A DNA stretch of 64,000 nucleotides from Armatimonadota bacterium (GTDB lineage: Bacteria; Armatimonadota; Fimbriimonadia; Fimbriimonadales; GBS-DC). The notes beneath the pieces are model-generated. The model was given only the letters and a program-made list of their open reading frames with translations. It was not told the DNA's origin and searched no databases. The stretch covers positions 1 through 64,000 of the forward strand of contig JBBIML010000018.1 in assembly GCA_037444405.1 (NCBI GenBank), given 5' to 3'. This document shows, in pieces, positions 1 to 9,183 of this stretch. Position 1 is the first letter of the stretch. Every line of letters starts with the position of its first letter. A program made the translations under genes and the position numbers.

Positions 1-724
1 GATGCACCTCGCGAAAGACGCGCACCAGAAAATCGAGATACTCCTCGTAGCTCCGATACAGGGTGTAATCGCGCGCGTTGTAGTAGGGGGGCGAGGTGAA
101 GGTCAGATGAACCGACTCGTCGGGCACATAGGCGAGCATGTCCAGCACATCGGCGCACACCATCAGGTTCTTGAGCCAGTTGGGGCTGATGGGATGCGGC
201 AAGCCAGTCGCGCCCGAACTGGAAGGCATCAGCTCGCGGCGAATGGATGCGCGAACCAGCTCGTTCGGGTGGTCAGCAAGCGAGCGCAGAATCGCCTGCA
301 CATGGTGCGCTGACGGAAGCAGAGCAGCGCCCGAATCGCCTGCAGCACCACCTTCGGGTCGGCATCACTCAGACATTCGGTGAGAATAGGGATTGCATCC
401 GGCATGCGCAGACGCCCGATGGCAGAAACCAGCTCCCTGCGGACCAGCGTGTTGCTTTCTGCACGCACGCGGCTCGGTGAAGGTGGTCAGCAGGGCGGGG
501 TTTTCGAGGCGTGCCAGCCCCTTCACGGCGGCAAGGCGTACTTCCGCGCTGGGGTGGCTCAAGAGATTCAGCAACGGCTCGGGGTCAAAATCGGGCGGCA
601 GGCGACCCAGCCGCTCCAGCACCGTTAGCAGATGGCGCGTGCCATGCCGCGCATCCAGCATCTGGCGGAAGAAAGCCGTATCGCCCCGCTGTTTCGCCTG
701 CTCAATCTGCTCGCGTGTGATCAT
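1..724 (-). pseudogene. HEAT-repeat protein fused to a site-specific (N4-C/N6-A) DNA methyltransferase; two frameshifts; runs off the window edge
   Basis: Three abutting pieces. 724-~473 has HEAT repeats (LSHPSAEVRLAAVKGL). ~472-~306 is another frame (RAESNTLVRRELVSAIG..DPKVVLQAIRAL). 304-1 returns to the first frame and reads ..CADVLDMLAYVPDESVHLTFTSPPYYNARDY..YEEYLDFLVRVFREVH, containing MTase motif IV TSPPY. Confidence 0.75.
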
Positions 725-745
725 GCCCCAGTGGAATCATACCCG

Positions 746-1711
746 TTATCCCTTCGCCTGCTCAATAATTGCCTGGGCAAGCAGGGCGGTTTCGGGGTTC
801 AGCACGCCTTCGGGTTCGCGTCCGCTCTGGATACAGCGCAGGAAGTATTCGGGGGCGTTGCGCTCGCCTTCGGGCAGCGGGTCAGGCGTCTCATACACAG
901 GCTCCAGACCGCGCCGATGAATGCGCACTTTGCCCTCGGTCACGCCCGCCGTCGCCTCCGTGCCGTACACGATGGGGTTCGGCGCACCATCGCTGCCAAT
1001 CTGCGACCATGTGGCTTCGATAACGGCAATCGTGCTGGGATAGCGCAGGATCAGGGCGGCGTTGTCGTCGGCGACGGGGTAGGGCTTGGTGAGGTTGCCC
1101 CGCGTCGCCAGCACCTGATCGGGGCTGCCGAACAGGTCGGCACACATCACGGCGCCGTAGCAGGCGAAATCGGCTAACGCGCCCGCGCCGTTGAGATACT
1201 CGTCATAGAGCCAGCTGACGAAATAGGGATCACAGCCGATTTCGCGCGGTCCCGCGTGCCCTGCGCGGAACCGAAACCCAAAAATCTGCCCGAACTCGCC
1301 CGCCTTCGCGCGTGTCAGCAGGCTCTGAATCGCGGGGTTCCAGCGCGTGGGGTAGTTAATCATCAGCAGGCGCTGGGTGTGCCGGGCGGTCGCCAGCATG
1401 CGCTGGGCATCAGCTAAATCGGCAGCCATCGGCTTTTCGACCATCACATGCGCGCCGCGCTCCATCGCCTCGATAGCAATCCGGGCACTGGTGCGGTTAT
1501 CGGCGCAGACCAGCACGATATCGGGTTGCTCCTGCGCCAGCATTGCCTGCCAGTCGGTGTAGGTGCGTTCGAAGCGCGGGGCGGCGCGCTCCAGCAGGGG
1601 CGTCGCGTCGGCGACCGCCGTTAGGCTCACCTCAGGCTGGGATGCCCACTGCTCTATCAGCCCCCACACATGCCCGTGCGTCAATCCCGCCACACACAGT
1701 TTCAGGCTCAT
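746..1711 (-). CDS. Gfo/Idh/MocA family NAD(P)-dependent oxidoreductase
   Basis: N-terminal Rossmann-like segment, HVMVEKPMA motif and GAGALADFACY. Start moved to MSLKL because the longer ORF runs through the MITE. Confidence 0.85.
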   Translation of the reverse strand: MSLKLCVAGLTHGHVWGLIEQWASQPEVSLTAVADATPLLERAAPRFERTYTDWQAMLAQEQPDIVLVCADNRTSARIAIEAMERGAHVMVEKPMAADLADAQRMLATARHTQRLLMINYPTRWNPAIQSLLTRAKAGEFGQIFGFRFRAGHAGPREIGCDPYFVSWLYDEYLNGAGALADFACYGAVMCADLFGSPDQVLATRGNLTKPYPVADDNAALILRYPSTIAVIEATWSQIGSDGAPNPIVYGTEATAGVTEGKVRIHRRGLEPVYETPDPLPEGERNAPEYFLRCIQSGREPEGVLNPETALLAQAIIEQAKG

Positions 1712-1779
1712 GATGGCTTGCTGATTCGCCAGGAAACCCGCTTTGCCTGCAGGTTCAGGCGCGTTCTCCCTCCACCCCT

Positions 1780-1856
1780 GAGGGTGTTCGAAAATAGGGC
1801 GCGGTCCCCGCGCCCTGCTCAACCGGCTCGCAAGAGATGATTTCCTGAACACCCTC
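1780..1856. mobile_element. MITE-like element, copy 1 (77 bp)
   Basis: Terminal inverted repeats GAGGGTGTTC/GAACACCCTC and an internal GC hairpin. Flanking near-direct repeat CTCCACCCCT/CCCCACCCCT. Close homolog at 40171-40246. Confidence 0.7.
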
Positions 1857-1865
1857 CCCCACCCC

Positions 1866-1895
1866 TTGACAAAGCCGTAATCGATAGGGTATAGT
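1866..1895 (+). promoter_or_regulatory. Sigma70-type promoter for the nar cluster
   Basis: TTGACA-N18-TATAGT; AGGAGG SD lies before ATG 1970. Confidence 0.6.
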
Positions 1896-1969
1896 AAGCC
1901 CCATAAGCGAGCTGACTTAACTGTGTAGGTTCACTGGGGCAATATGCTCGCTTGCATAGGAGGGATAGA

Positions 1970-2527
1970 ATGACGATCAAAGGTTGCAGGGCGGAGCTAT
2001 GGGAGGACGCTTCCCGGTTGCCGCACTGCTCACGACGAGCGGTGATCCGGGCGCTTGCCTGCCTCCTTCTGCTGTCTCTGATAGGGCTTATCCCCGCTGT
2101 TTCTCTGGCGAAGTCCACCGACGGTCAGTCAACTTTCCAGCAGCTCTGTGTCCCATGTCATAACTTCGGTGGTGGCCCCCAGAAGACCGGACCCGACCTG
2201 AAGGGCGTCACTATGCGGCGAGAGCGGGAATGGCTGCGCCGCTGGATTAAAGAGCCTGATAAGATGCTGGCGGCGGGCGACCCGATAGCGACCCAGCTCC
2301 TCAAGGAGTATAAGAATGTGCCCATGCCAAGCTTCAAGCTGACCGATGAGCAGGTGGAGGCGATTATCGCCTACCTGGAGAGCATGGATGCTGCTCCCAC
2401 CACTTCGCCATCAGGCACCATTCCACCGCTCTACTATCCGACCCTTATTACCGCTATCGCCACGATCGGGGTGCTGACCGCCCTGGGACTGCTGTCAGCC
2501 AGAAAACAAGTGGAGGTGCGATCATGA
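1970..2527 (+). CDS. Membrane-anchored monoheme cytochrome c (NarC-like position)
   Basis: Signal-like hydrophobic stretch, CVPCH heme motif, GPDL, axial Met in VPMP and a C-terminal TM helix. ATGA overlap with narG. Confidence 0.85.
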   Translation: MTIKGCRAELWEDASRLPHCSRRAVIRALACLLLLSLIGLIPAVSLAKSTDGQSTFQQLCVPCHNFGGGPQKTGPDLKGVTMRREREWLRRWIKEPDKMLAAGDPIATQLLKEYKNVPMPSFKLTDEQVEAIIAYLESMDAAPTTSPSGTIPPLYYPTLITAIATIGVLTALGLLSARKQVEVRS

Positions 2528-5500
2528 AAAGCCGATGGTTCAACATCACCAGCGAGTCTCGCTCATGGGAAGATTTTTATCGCAGTCGCTGGTCCTATGA
2601 CTACAGCGTGCGCACCAGCCATGGGGTGAACTGCTCCATGTCGTGCAGCTGGGAGGTCTTTGTCAAAGACGGGCTGATCTGCTGGGAGCTTCAGAAGGTG
2701 GATTATCCCCAGATTGACCCCGATATTCCCAATGTGGAGCCACGCGGATGCCAGCGGGGCGTCACAGCGTCCTGGTATCCCTATAGCCCGCTGCGTCCGA
2801 AATATCCCTATGTGCGCCAGGTGCTGTGGTACCACTATCAGAAGGAGCGCCGGAACGGCAAGGACCCCGTTGAGGCGTGGGCGAGCATTGTTGAAGACCC
2901 GGAGCGGGCGCAGGCTTACAAGTCAGCTCGCGGTAAGGGCGGCTGGAAGCGTGTCAGCTGGGACGAGGCGACGGAACTTATTGCCGCAGCGCAAATCTAC
3001 ACAATCAAGAAGTATGGTCCCGACCATATTGCGGCATTCTCGCCTATCCCCGCGATGAGCCTGGTCAGCTTCCTCTCCGGACACCGCTACAATAATCTGC
3101 TGGGCGGTATCTATTGCAGCTACTATGAATGGTACCACGACCTGCCCCACATTGAAGCCACCATGTTCGGCGATCAGACCGAAAACTGTGAAAGCTCCGA
3201 CTGGTACAACGGCACCTACTGGATTATCGCGGGTAGCAACCTGAACATGACTCGCACCGCCGATTGCCACTTCCTGCCCGAAGCCAAGTATCGGGGCACC
3301 AAAGTCGTGGTGGTCTCGCCCAACTACTCCGATGTGACCAAGTATGCCGACCTCTGGGTGCCGCTGGTGCCTGGCAGCGATGGCGCCTTCTTCCAGGCAT
3401 GCATCCATGTGATTCTCAAGGAGTTTTATGTCGACCGAGAGGTGCCCTACTTTGTGAACTATCTCAAACGCTACACCAACCTGCCCTTCCTGGTTATTCT
3501 GGAGCCTGACCCCGATGGTCAGAAGTTCCATCAGGGGCGGTTCCTGCGGGCATCAGACCTTGCCGATTATGCTGACCAGGAGAACGCCGAATGGAAGATG
3601 ATCATGATGGACGCTCAGGGGAGGCTGCACCTGCCCCCTGGCACCATCGGTTTCCGCTGGGAGAAAGAACCCACAGGCAACTGGAACCTGCAGCTGAAGA
3701 ATGTGGTCACGGGCGAGGAGTTCGACCCGCTGCTCACCCTGCTGGGCAAAGAGGACCAGCGGGTGATGGTCTCCTTCAGCGACTTCACTCACACCTTCAG
3801 CATCTGGCTGGGAAAGAGCAAGAGCAAGACCGAGAAAGCCAGAGAGGTGCTCCGTGAGGTCCCGGCGAAGGTCGTGACCACGAAAGATGGGCGACAGGTG
3901 CTGGTGACCACCGCCTTCGATCTGCTGATGGCGTGGAATGGTCCCTCCCGTGGGCTTGGAGGTGATTATCCGAAAGACTATGACGATCTCAAGCCCTTCA
4001 CACCTGCCTGGCAGGAGCCGATCACAGGCATCAGCCGCCATCTGGTGATTCAGGTCGCGCGCGAGTTCGCCGAGAACGCGGAAAAGACCCAGGGGCGCTC
4101 GCTGATTATCACGGGTCCGGGTATCCAGCACTGGTATCACGGCGCTTCTATGTATTATCGCAGTGAGGCGGTGATGTTAGCCCTCTGCGGCTGTCATGGA
4201 CGCAACGGCGGCAACTTCAACCATTATGTCGGCACGCAACACACCCGCCTGCACGCCGCCTTCAAGTATCTGGGCGCCGCCGCCGACTGGACCTTCCCCG
4301 CACGCCTGATGAACTCCACCTCGCTCTGGTACTTCCACACCGGGCAATGGCGCTACGATGGCATGCCTTTAGACACCCAGTGGAGTGCCGACGCGAAGAA
4401 ATGCCCCACCTATAACCATGCCGCCGACTTCAACGCCCTGGCGGTCCGACTGGGCTAGCTGCCCTTCTTCCCGCAGTTTGATCGCAAGAACCCCATCCAG
4501 CTCTATGAGGAAGCCCTTCAGGCGGGTTGCCAGACCGATGAAGAGGTGAAGGCGTGGGTGCTTCAGCAGTTCAAGGAGGGACGGCTCAATTTTGCCATCC
4601 ATAACATCGACGCGCCCGAAAACCACCTCAAAGTGCTGACTGTATGGCGCGGCAACCTCATCGGCACCAGCATGCGCGGGCACGAACTCGCCCTGAAACA
4701 CTTCCTGGGCACCCACCATAATGTACTGTATGACCATGAACCCGCCAGGGGGCTGGTCAAAGAGATCAACTGGGACCCCGAAGAGTGCCCCATCGGCAAG
4801 CTGGACCTGCTGGTGAATCTCAACATCCGCATGGACTCCACCGCGAACTATGCCGATGTGGTCTTGCCCGCTGCTTTCTGGTACGAGAAGTACGATATCA
4901 CCTTCGGGGATATGCACACCTTTGTGCATCCCCTCCAGCCCGCGACCGACCCGCCATGGGAGTGCAAGCACGACTGGGAGGCTTTCAAGCTCATCGCCAA
5001 AAAGTTCTCGGAGCTGGCGAAGCGGCACTTCCCGAAGCCTGTCAAGGACATCGTGTTGAAACCCCTCTGGATGGACAGCCCCGACCAGCTGGGTCAGCCG
5101 CTGGGCGAGGTGAAGGACTGGAAGAAGGGCGAGGTGGAACCCATCCCGGGCAAATACTTCCCCCACATCTTTATCGTGGAGCGAGACTACACGCAGGTCT
5201 ACGACCGACTGGTCTCGCTGGGACCGCGAATCGACCACTACGGCTCCAAAGGGCACTACGCGGACCTCAGACCCATCGTGGAGGAGGAGCTGAAACAGAA
5301 CGAGGTGCTGACGGTGAAGAATGGGCGGGTCTACTTTGAGCGCGCCGAGCAGTTCTGCGAGCTGATCTGCCAAGTCTCCCCCGAACTCAACGGGCGCCTG
5401 GCGCACATGTTCTTCAAGGAGATGGAGAAGAAGGTGGGGCTGCCCCTTGCGGATCTGGTGGAGCCAGTCAAAAGCCGTCGCGTCCACTATAAAGAGCTGG

Positions 5501-6282
5501 CTTCCCAGCCGCGACGCATCCACACCACACCGATGTGGGGCGCCATCCTGTTCGACCCCGAAACGGGCAAGCAGCGCCCCTTCGCCCCCTGGACGCTCAA
5601 TGTGGAGCGGCTCAAACCCTGGCACACCCTCACGGGACGAATCGAAATCTACTTCGACCACCAAGCGATTCGCGAGCTTGGGGAGGCAATCCCGACCTAC
5701 AAGCCCCCGCTGGATATGGTCGCCATCGGCGACATTCGCCTCGACAAGGCGGAACCGAAGTCCAAAGTGTTCCGCTTCATCACCCCGCACGGCAAATGGC
5801 AGATCCACAGCTCCTTCCGCGACCACTGGCCCATGATGCACATGTCACGCGGTGGTCCGACCGTCTGGCTCAACCCGGAGGACGCGGACGAGATCGAGGT
5901 GAAGGACAACGACTGGGTGGAACTCTACTGCGAGAATGGCATCCAGGTCTGTCGGGCGGTGGTCAGCCATCAGGTACCTCGAGGGATGGCTATCGTCTAT
6001 CACCAGGTGGAACGCCATGTGAATGTGCCCTTCTCGCCGCTTGCCAAAAAACGAGGCTGCACCGACCTTCGCGGTGGCAACAACAACGCCACCACCCGCA
6101 TCTTGATGAACCCCCACACGATGGTGGGTGGCTACGGCAACTTCTGCTACGACATCAACTACTGGGGCACCAGCCCCTCCGAGCGTGACCACGGCGTGCT
6201 TATCCGCAAAATGCCGCCGGCATCCGGCAAAAAGGAGGTCATCTACCGCGAAGAGGAGCTGCACCTGCTACCTGCCCGCTAA
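2524..6282 (+). pseudogene. narG: Nitrate reductase / nitrite oxidoreductase-type Mo-bisPGD alpha subunit (1252 codons) interrupted by an in-frame TAG at 4456-4458
   Basis: FS0 motif HGVNCSMSC...EPRGCQRG, Mo-Asp motif WYHDLP, HYVG, TPHGKWQIHS. ORFs 2524-4458 and 4546-6282 share one frame and read AVRLG*LPFFPQF across the stop. No Tat signal. Confidence 0.85.
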
Positions 6283-6305
6283 AAACAACATGGAGGAGGC
6301 GAACG

Positions 6306-7868
6306 ATGAGAGTCAAAGCGCAATACAGCATGACTTTCAATCTGGAGAAGTGCATCGGGTGCAACACCTGCACCGTCGCCTGCAAAAATGTGTGGACCAA
6401 CCGCGAAGGCGCGGAGTACATGTGGTGGAACAATGTGGAGACCAAGCCGGGCATCGGCTACCCCAAACGCTGGGAGGACCAGGAACTCTGGAAAGGGGGC
6501 TGGGTGCGCCAGGGCAAAACCCTGCGCCTGCGCTACGGCAGCCGCCCTTATATGATGCTGAACCTCTTCTTCAACCCGCATATGCCAGAGATGGCAGATT
6601 ACTATGGGAAGGATGTCTACACCTTCACCTACGATGACCTGCACACTCCCCGAAAGGGCAACCAGCAACCCGTGGCACGCCCCAAATCGATGGTCACCGA
6701 AGAGGAGGACATTCCCCTCACCTGGGGTGTGAACTGGGAGGACAACGCGGGCGGCGCCCATGTAACGGGCAAGTACGATGTGAACTTCCGCGGGATGAGC
6801 AAAGAGGAGCATGAGGCATACCTCAAGTTCCGCGATGTGTTCTACTTCTATCTCCCGCGCATCTGCAACCACTGCATTAATCCCGCCTGTGTCGCCGCCT
6901 GCCCATCGGGAGCTGCCTACAAGCGCGAGGAAGACGGCATCGTGCTTATCGATCAGCAGCGCTGCCGCAACTGGCGCTACTGCATCTCCAGCTGCCCCTA
7001 CAAGAAGCCCTACTATAACTGGTGCACCGGCAAGATGGAGAAGTGCATTCTCTGCTATCCGCGCGTCGAAGCGGGATTGCCACCCGTCTGCTTCCATAGC
7101 TGTGTGGGACGCATTCGCTCCTTCGGCGTGGTGCTTTACGACATGGATCGTGTCCAGGAGGCGGCGCTGGCAGACGACCACGACCTCGTACGCGCCCAGC
7201 GCAGTATCATTCTGGACCCGTTCGATGAGGAGGTCATCCGTCAGGCGAAAGCCAACGGCATCAGCGACGAGTGGATTGACGCTGCCCAGCGCTCACCCGT
7301 CTACAAACTGTTCAAAAAGTGGGAGCTGGCGCTCCCATTGCATCCGGAGTTCCGCACGCTTCCCATGCTGTTCTACATCCCGCCGCTTAGCCCTGTGATC
7401 ACCAGCATGGGACAGCGCTCTCCGGATGAGACGGACATTTTCGACATGGCAAAGACGCGCAGTGTACTGCCCGATATCGACGAGCTGGACAAGCTGCGAA
7501 TCCCCCTGAAGTATCTGGCGAACCTGTTCGCTGCGGGCAACGAGGAGGAGGTCAAGAAGTCGCTGCGGCGTCAGCTCGCCGTGCGCCACTACGAGCGGAG
7601 CCTGCGTGTGGACGGCAAGCCCAATCTGGAGGTGCTGGAAAAGGTCGGGCTGACCGAAGAGGACGCCCGCGGCATCACCCGCGCGCTTTCCCTCTCCTTC
7701 TATCATGAGCGGTTCGTGATACCGACCACCCGACGCGAAGCCGCTGACCTCAGCCCCTACACGGAGCGCGGCACCGCCGGCTTCATCCCATTAAGCCCGT
7801 GGGCGCCCATCAAGCGACGCAAGAGCTACTATAAAGCCCACCATGACCCCCAGAAAGAGTACGAATAA
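6306..7868 (+). CDS. narH: Nitrate reductase beta (Fe-S) subunit
   Basis: CIGCNTCTVACK, WNNVETKPG, CNHCINPACVAACP, CRNWRYCISSCPY, CILCYPR and LHPEFRTLPM. Confidence 0.93.
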   Translation: MRVKAQYSMTFNLEKCIGCNTCTVACKNVWTNREGAEYMWWNNVETKPGIGYPKRWEDQELWKGGWVRQGKTLRLRYGSRPYMMLNLFFNPHMPEMADYYGKDVYTFTYDDLHTPRKGNQQPVARPKSMVTEEEDIPLTWGVNWEDNAGGAHVTGKYDVNFRGMSKEEHEAYLKFRDVFYFYLPRICNHCINPACVAACPSGAAYKREEDGIVLIDQQRCRNWRYCISSCPYKKPYYNWCTGKMEKCILCYPRVEAGLPPVCFHSCVGRIRSFGVVLYDMDRVQEAALADDHDLVRAQRSIILDPFDEEVIRQAKANGISDEWIDAAQRSPVYKLFKKWELALPLHPEFRTLPMLFYIPPLSPVITSMGQRSPDETDIFDMAKTRSVLPDIDELDKLRIPLKYLANLFAAGNEEEVKKSLRRQLAVRHYERSLRVDGKPNLEVLEKVGLTEEDARGITRALSLSFYHERFVIPTTRREAADLSPYTERGTAGFIPLSPWAPIKRRKSYYKAHHDPQKEYE

Positions 7869-7876
7869 GGAGGAGA

Positions 7877-8461
7877 ATGATGCACTCTGAAACCCTGAAG
7901 CAGGTGTACGCGCTGATCGCGGAGCTGTGGTGCAGCCCTGCCGAGCAGGAACAGGAATCGGTGAGCGAGCAGGCGCCCGCAGTGCTGACCGCCCTCACAG
8001 CGGTGGATACGGAGGGGGCGGAAGCGCTGGCTCAATTCCTCGCAAACCCTGTCCCAGAGGAGGAATATGTGGCGCTGTTCGAGCTGGACCCTCTCTGCCC
8101 CCTCTATCTGGGCAGCCATGTCTTTGAGGAACCGAAAACCTGCGCCCAGGCAGCCGTCTCCGACCGCAACAGCTACATGCTCGAGCTCATCGGTATCTAT
8201 CGCCACTTCGGCATGGTACCGAATGGGAAGGAGTTGCCGGACTATCTGCCGCTGATGGTAGAGTTCCTCGCCTTGACCGCAGGCTCCAGCGACCCCCTGC
8301 GTGCCCGGTTCATTCAGGAGTACCTGCTCCCATTTCTGGAACCGATTCGGGAGCGGCTTGCGGAACTGAACTCGCCTTACCTCCACCTTCTGAAGGTGCT
8401 GGAGCGCGTGCTTGCCTACGATCTGCAAACGAATGCGACGGAGGTGACAGCTCATGTTTGA
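7877..8461 (+). CDS. narJ: NarJ/TorD-family molybdoenzyme maturation chaperone
   Basis: EEYVALFE and ELPDYLPLMVEFL; located between narH and narI. Confidence 0.85.
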   Translation: MMHSETLKQVYALIAELWCSPAEQEQESVSEQAPAVLTALTAVDTEGAEALAQFLANPVPEEEYVALFELDPLCPLYLGSHVFEEPKTCAQAAVSDRNSYMLELIGIYRHFGMVPNGKELPDYLPLMVEFLALTAGSSDPLRARFIQEYLLPFLEPIRERLAELNSPYLHLLKVLERVLAYDLQTNATEVTAHV

Positions 8462-9152
8462 CTATTTCTTCTTTGTCGGGCTACCCTATATCTCGCTCCT
8501 GCTCTTTGTGTTTGGCTCGCTCTATCGGACCTTTACGGGCTTCAAGAGCTTCTATCGGGGACGATTTGACTGGAGCGCCCGTGGCGACCTGCTCTGGACG
8601 ACCCGCTCCACCGGCTTCTTCGGGCGAGCCTCCATTGGACCCGCTGTACTGTGCCTGCACTGGGGACTGATTATCGTGATCCTTGCCCATATTGTGGGGT
8701 TCATCGGCGGAGCGGTTATGAATCCCTCACTGGTGGACTTTTTCCGCTGGGCAGGTCTGTTTGGTTGTCTGCTGGTGTTGTACGGCGCTCTCTGGGCGTT
8801 CATCCGTCGGCTGAGCGTGCGCCAGCTGCGGGCGATGAGTACCCTGGAGGACTACCTCGTGCTGTTGTTCCTGATCGTGAGCGTGGGTTTAGGACTTTAC
8901 CATTCGGCGATAACACTCGCCTTCGGCGTCTCCTACGCTGTGGGTCCCTGGCTGGTGGGTCTTCTCACCCTGCGTCCGGACCCGAACCTGCTAACGACCG
9001 CGCCGCTGGCTATCAAGCTGCACCTGATTGTGAACTTCGTCTTCCTCGCCTACTTCCCCTTCACCAAGCTGGTGCATGCCTTCAGCTATCCGTTCGGCTA
9101 CCTCACGCGCCCCTATATTACCGTGCGAAGGTATGTCGCGCTGAAGAGGTAG
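8454..9152 (+). CDS. narI: Nitrate reductase gamma subunit (di-heme cytochrome b)
   Basis: Five TM segments with heme His pairs LHWG..HIVG and LHL..FPFTKLVH. Confidence 0.9.
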   Translation: MFDYFFFVGLPYISLLLFVFGSLYRTFTGFKSFYRGRFDWSARGDLLWTTRSTGFFGRASIGPAVLCLHWGLIIVILAHIVGFIGGAVMNPSLVDFFRWAGLFGCLLVLYGALWAFIRRLSVRQLRAMSTLEDYLVLLFLIVSVGLGLYHSAITLAFGVSYAVGPWLVGLLTLRPDPNLLTTAPLAIKLHLIVNFVFLAYFPFTKLVHAFSYPFGYLTRPYITVRRYVALKR

Positions 9153-9183
9153 CGGCAACTCAAGGTGTAGAAAGGTGATAGCC

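Noticed and set aside
1712..1852. N-terminal extension of the Gfo/Idh/MocA ORF, and ORF 40130-41158
   Set aside because: Both read through the MITE; the second is also antisense to sucC and tRNA-Glu.
1896..1969. FNR, NarL or Rex site for the nar promoter
   Set aside because: No convincing palindrome with correct spacing was found.
4456..4458. Genome-wide TAG recoding or pyrrolysine
   Set aside because: TAG ends other genes at expected positions (narI 9152, sucC 41581, rpoD 58122). The homologous residue is Trp, and there are no pyl genes in the window.
4369..5841. Long antisense and alternate-frame ORFs (also 35352-36845, 31970-33178 and others)
   Set aside because: They are shadow ORFs of well-supported genes in GC-rich DNA and carry no motifs.
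4546..6282. Independent 578-aa gene
   Set aside because: It is the in-frame continuation of narG, and the intervening 29 codons are NarG-like.
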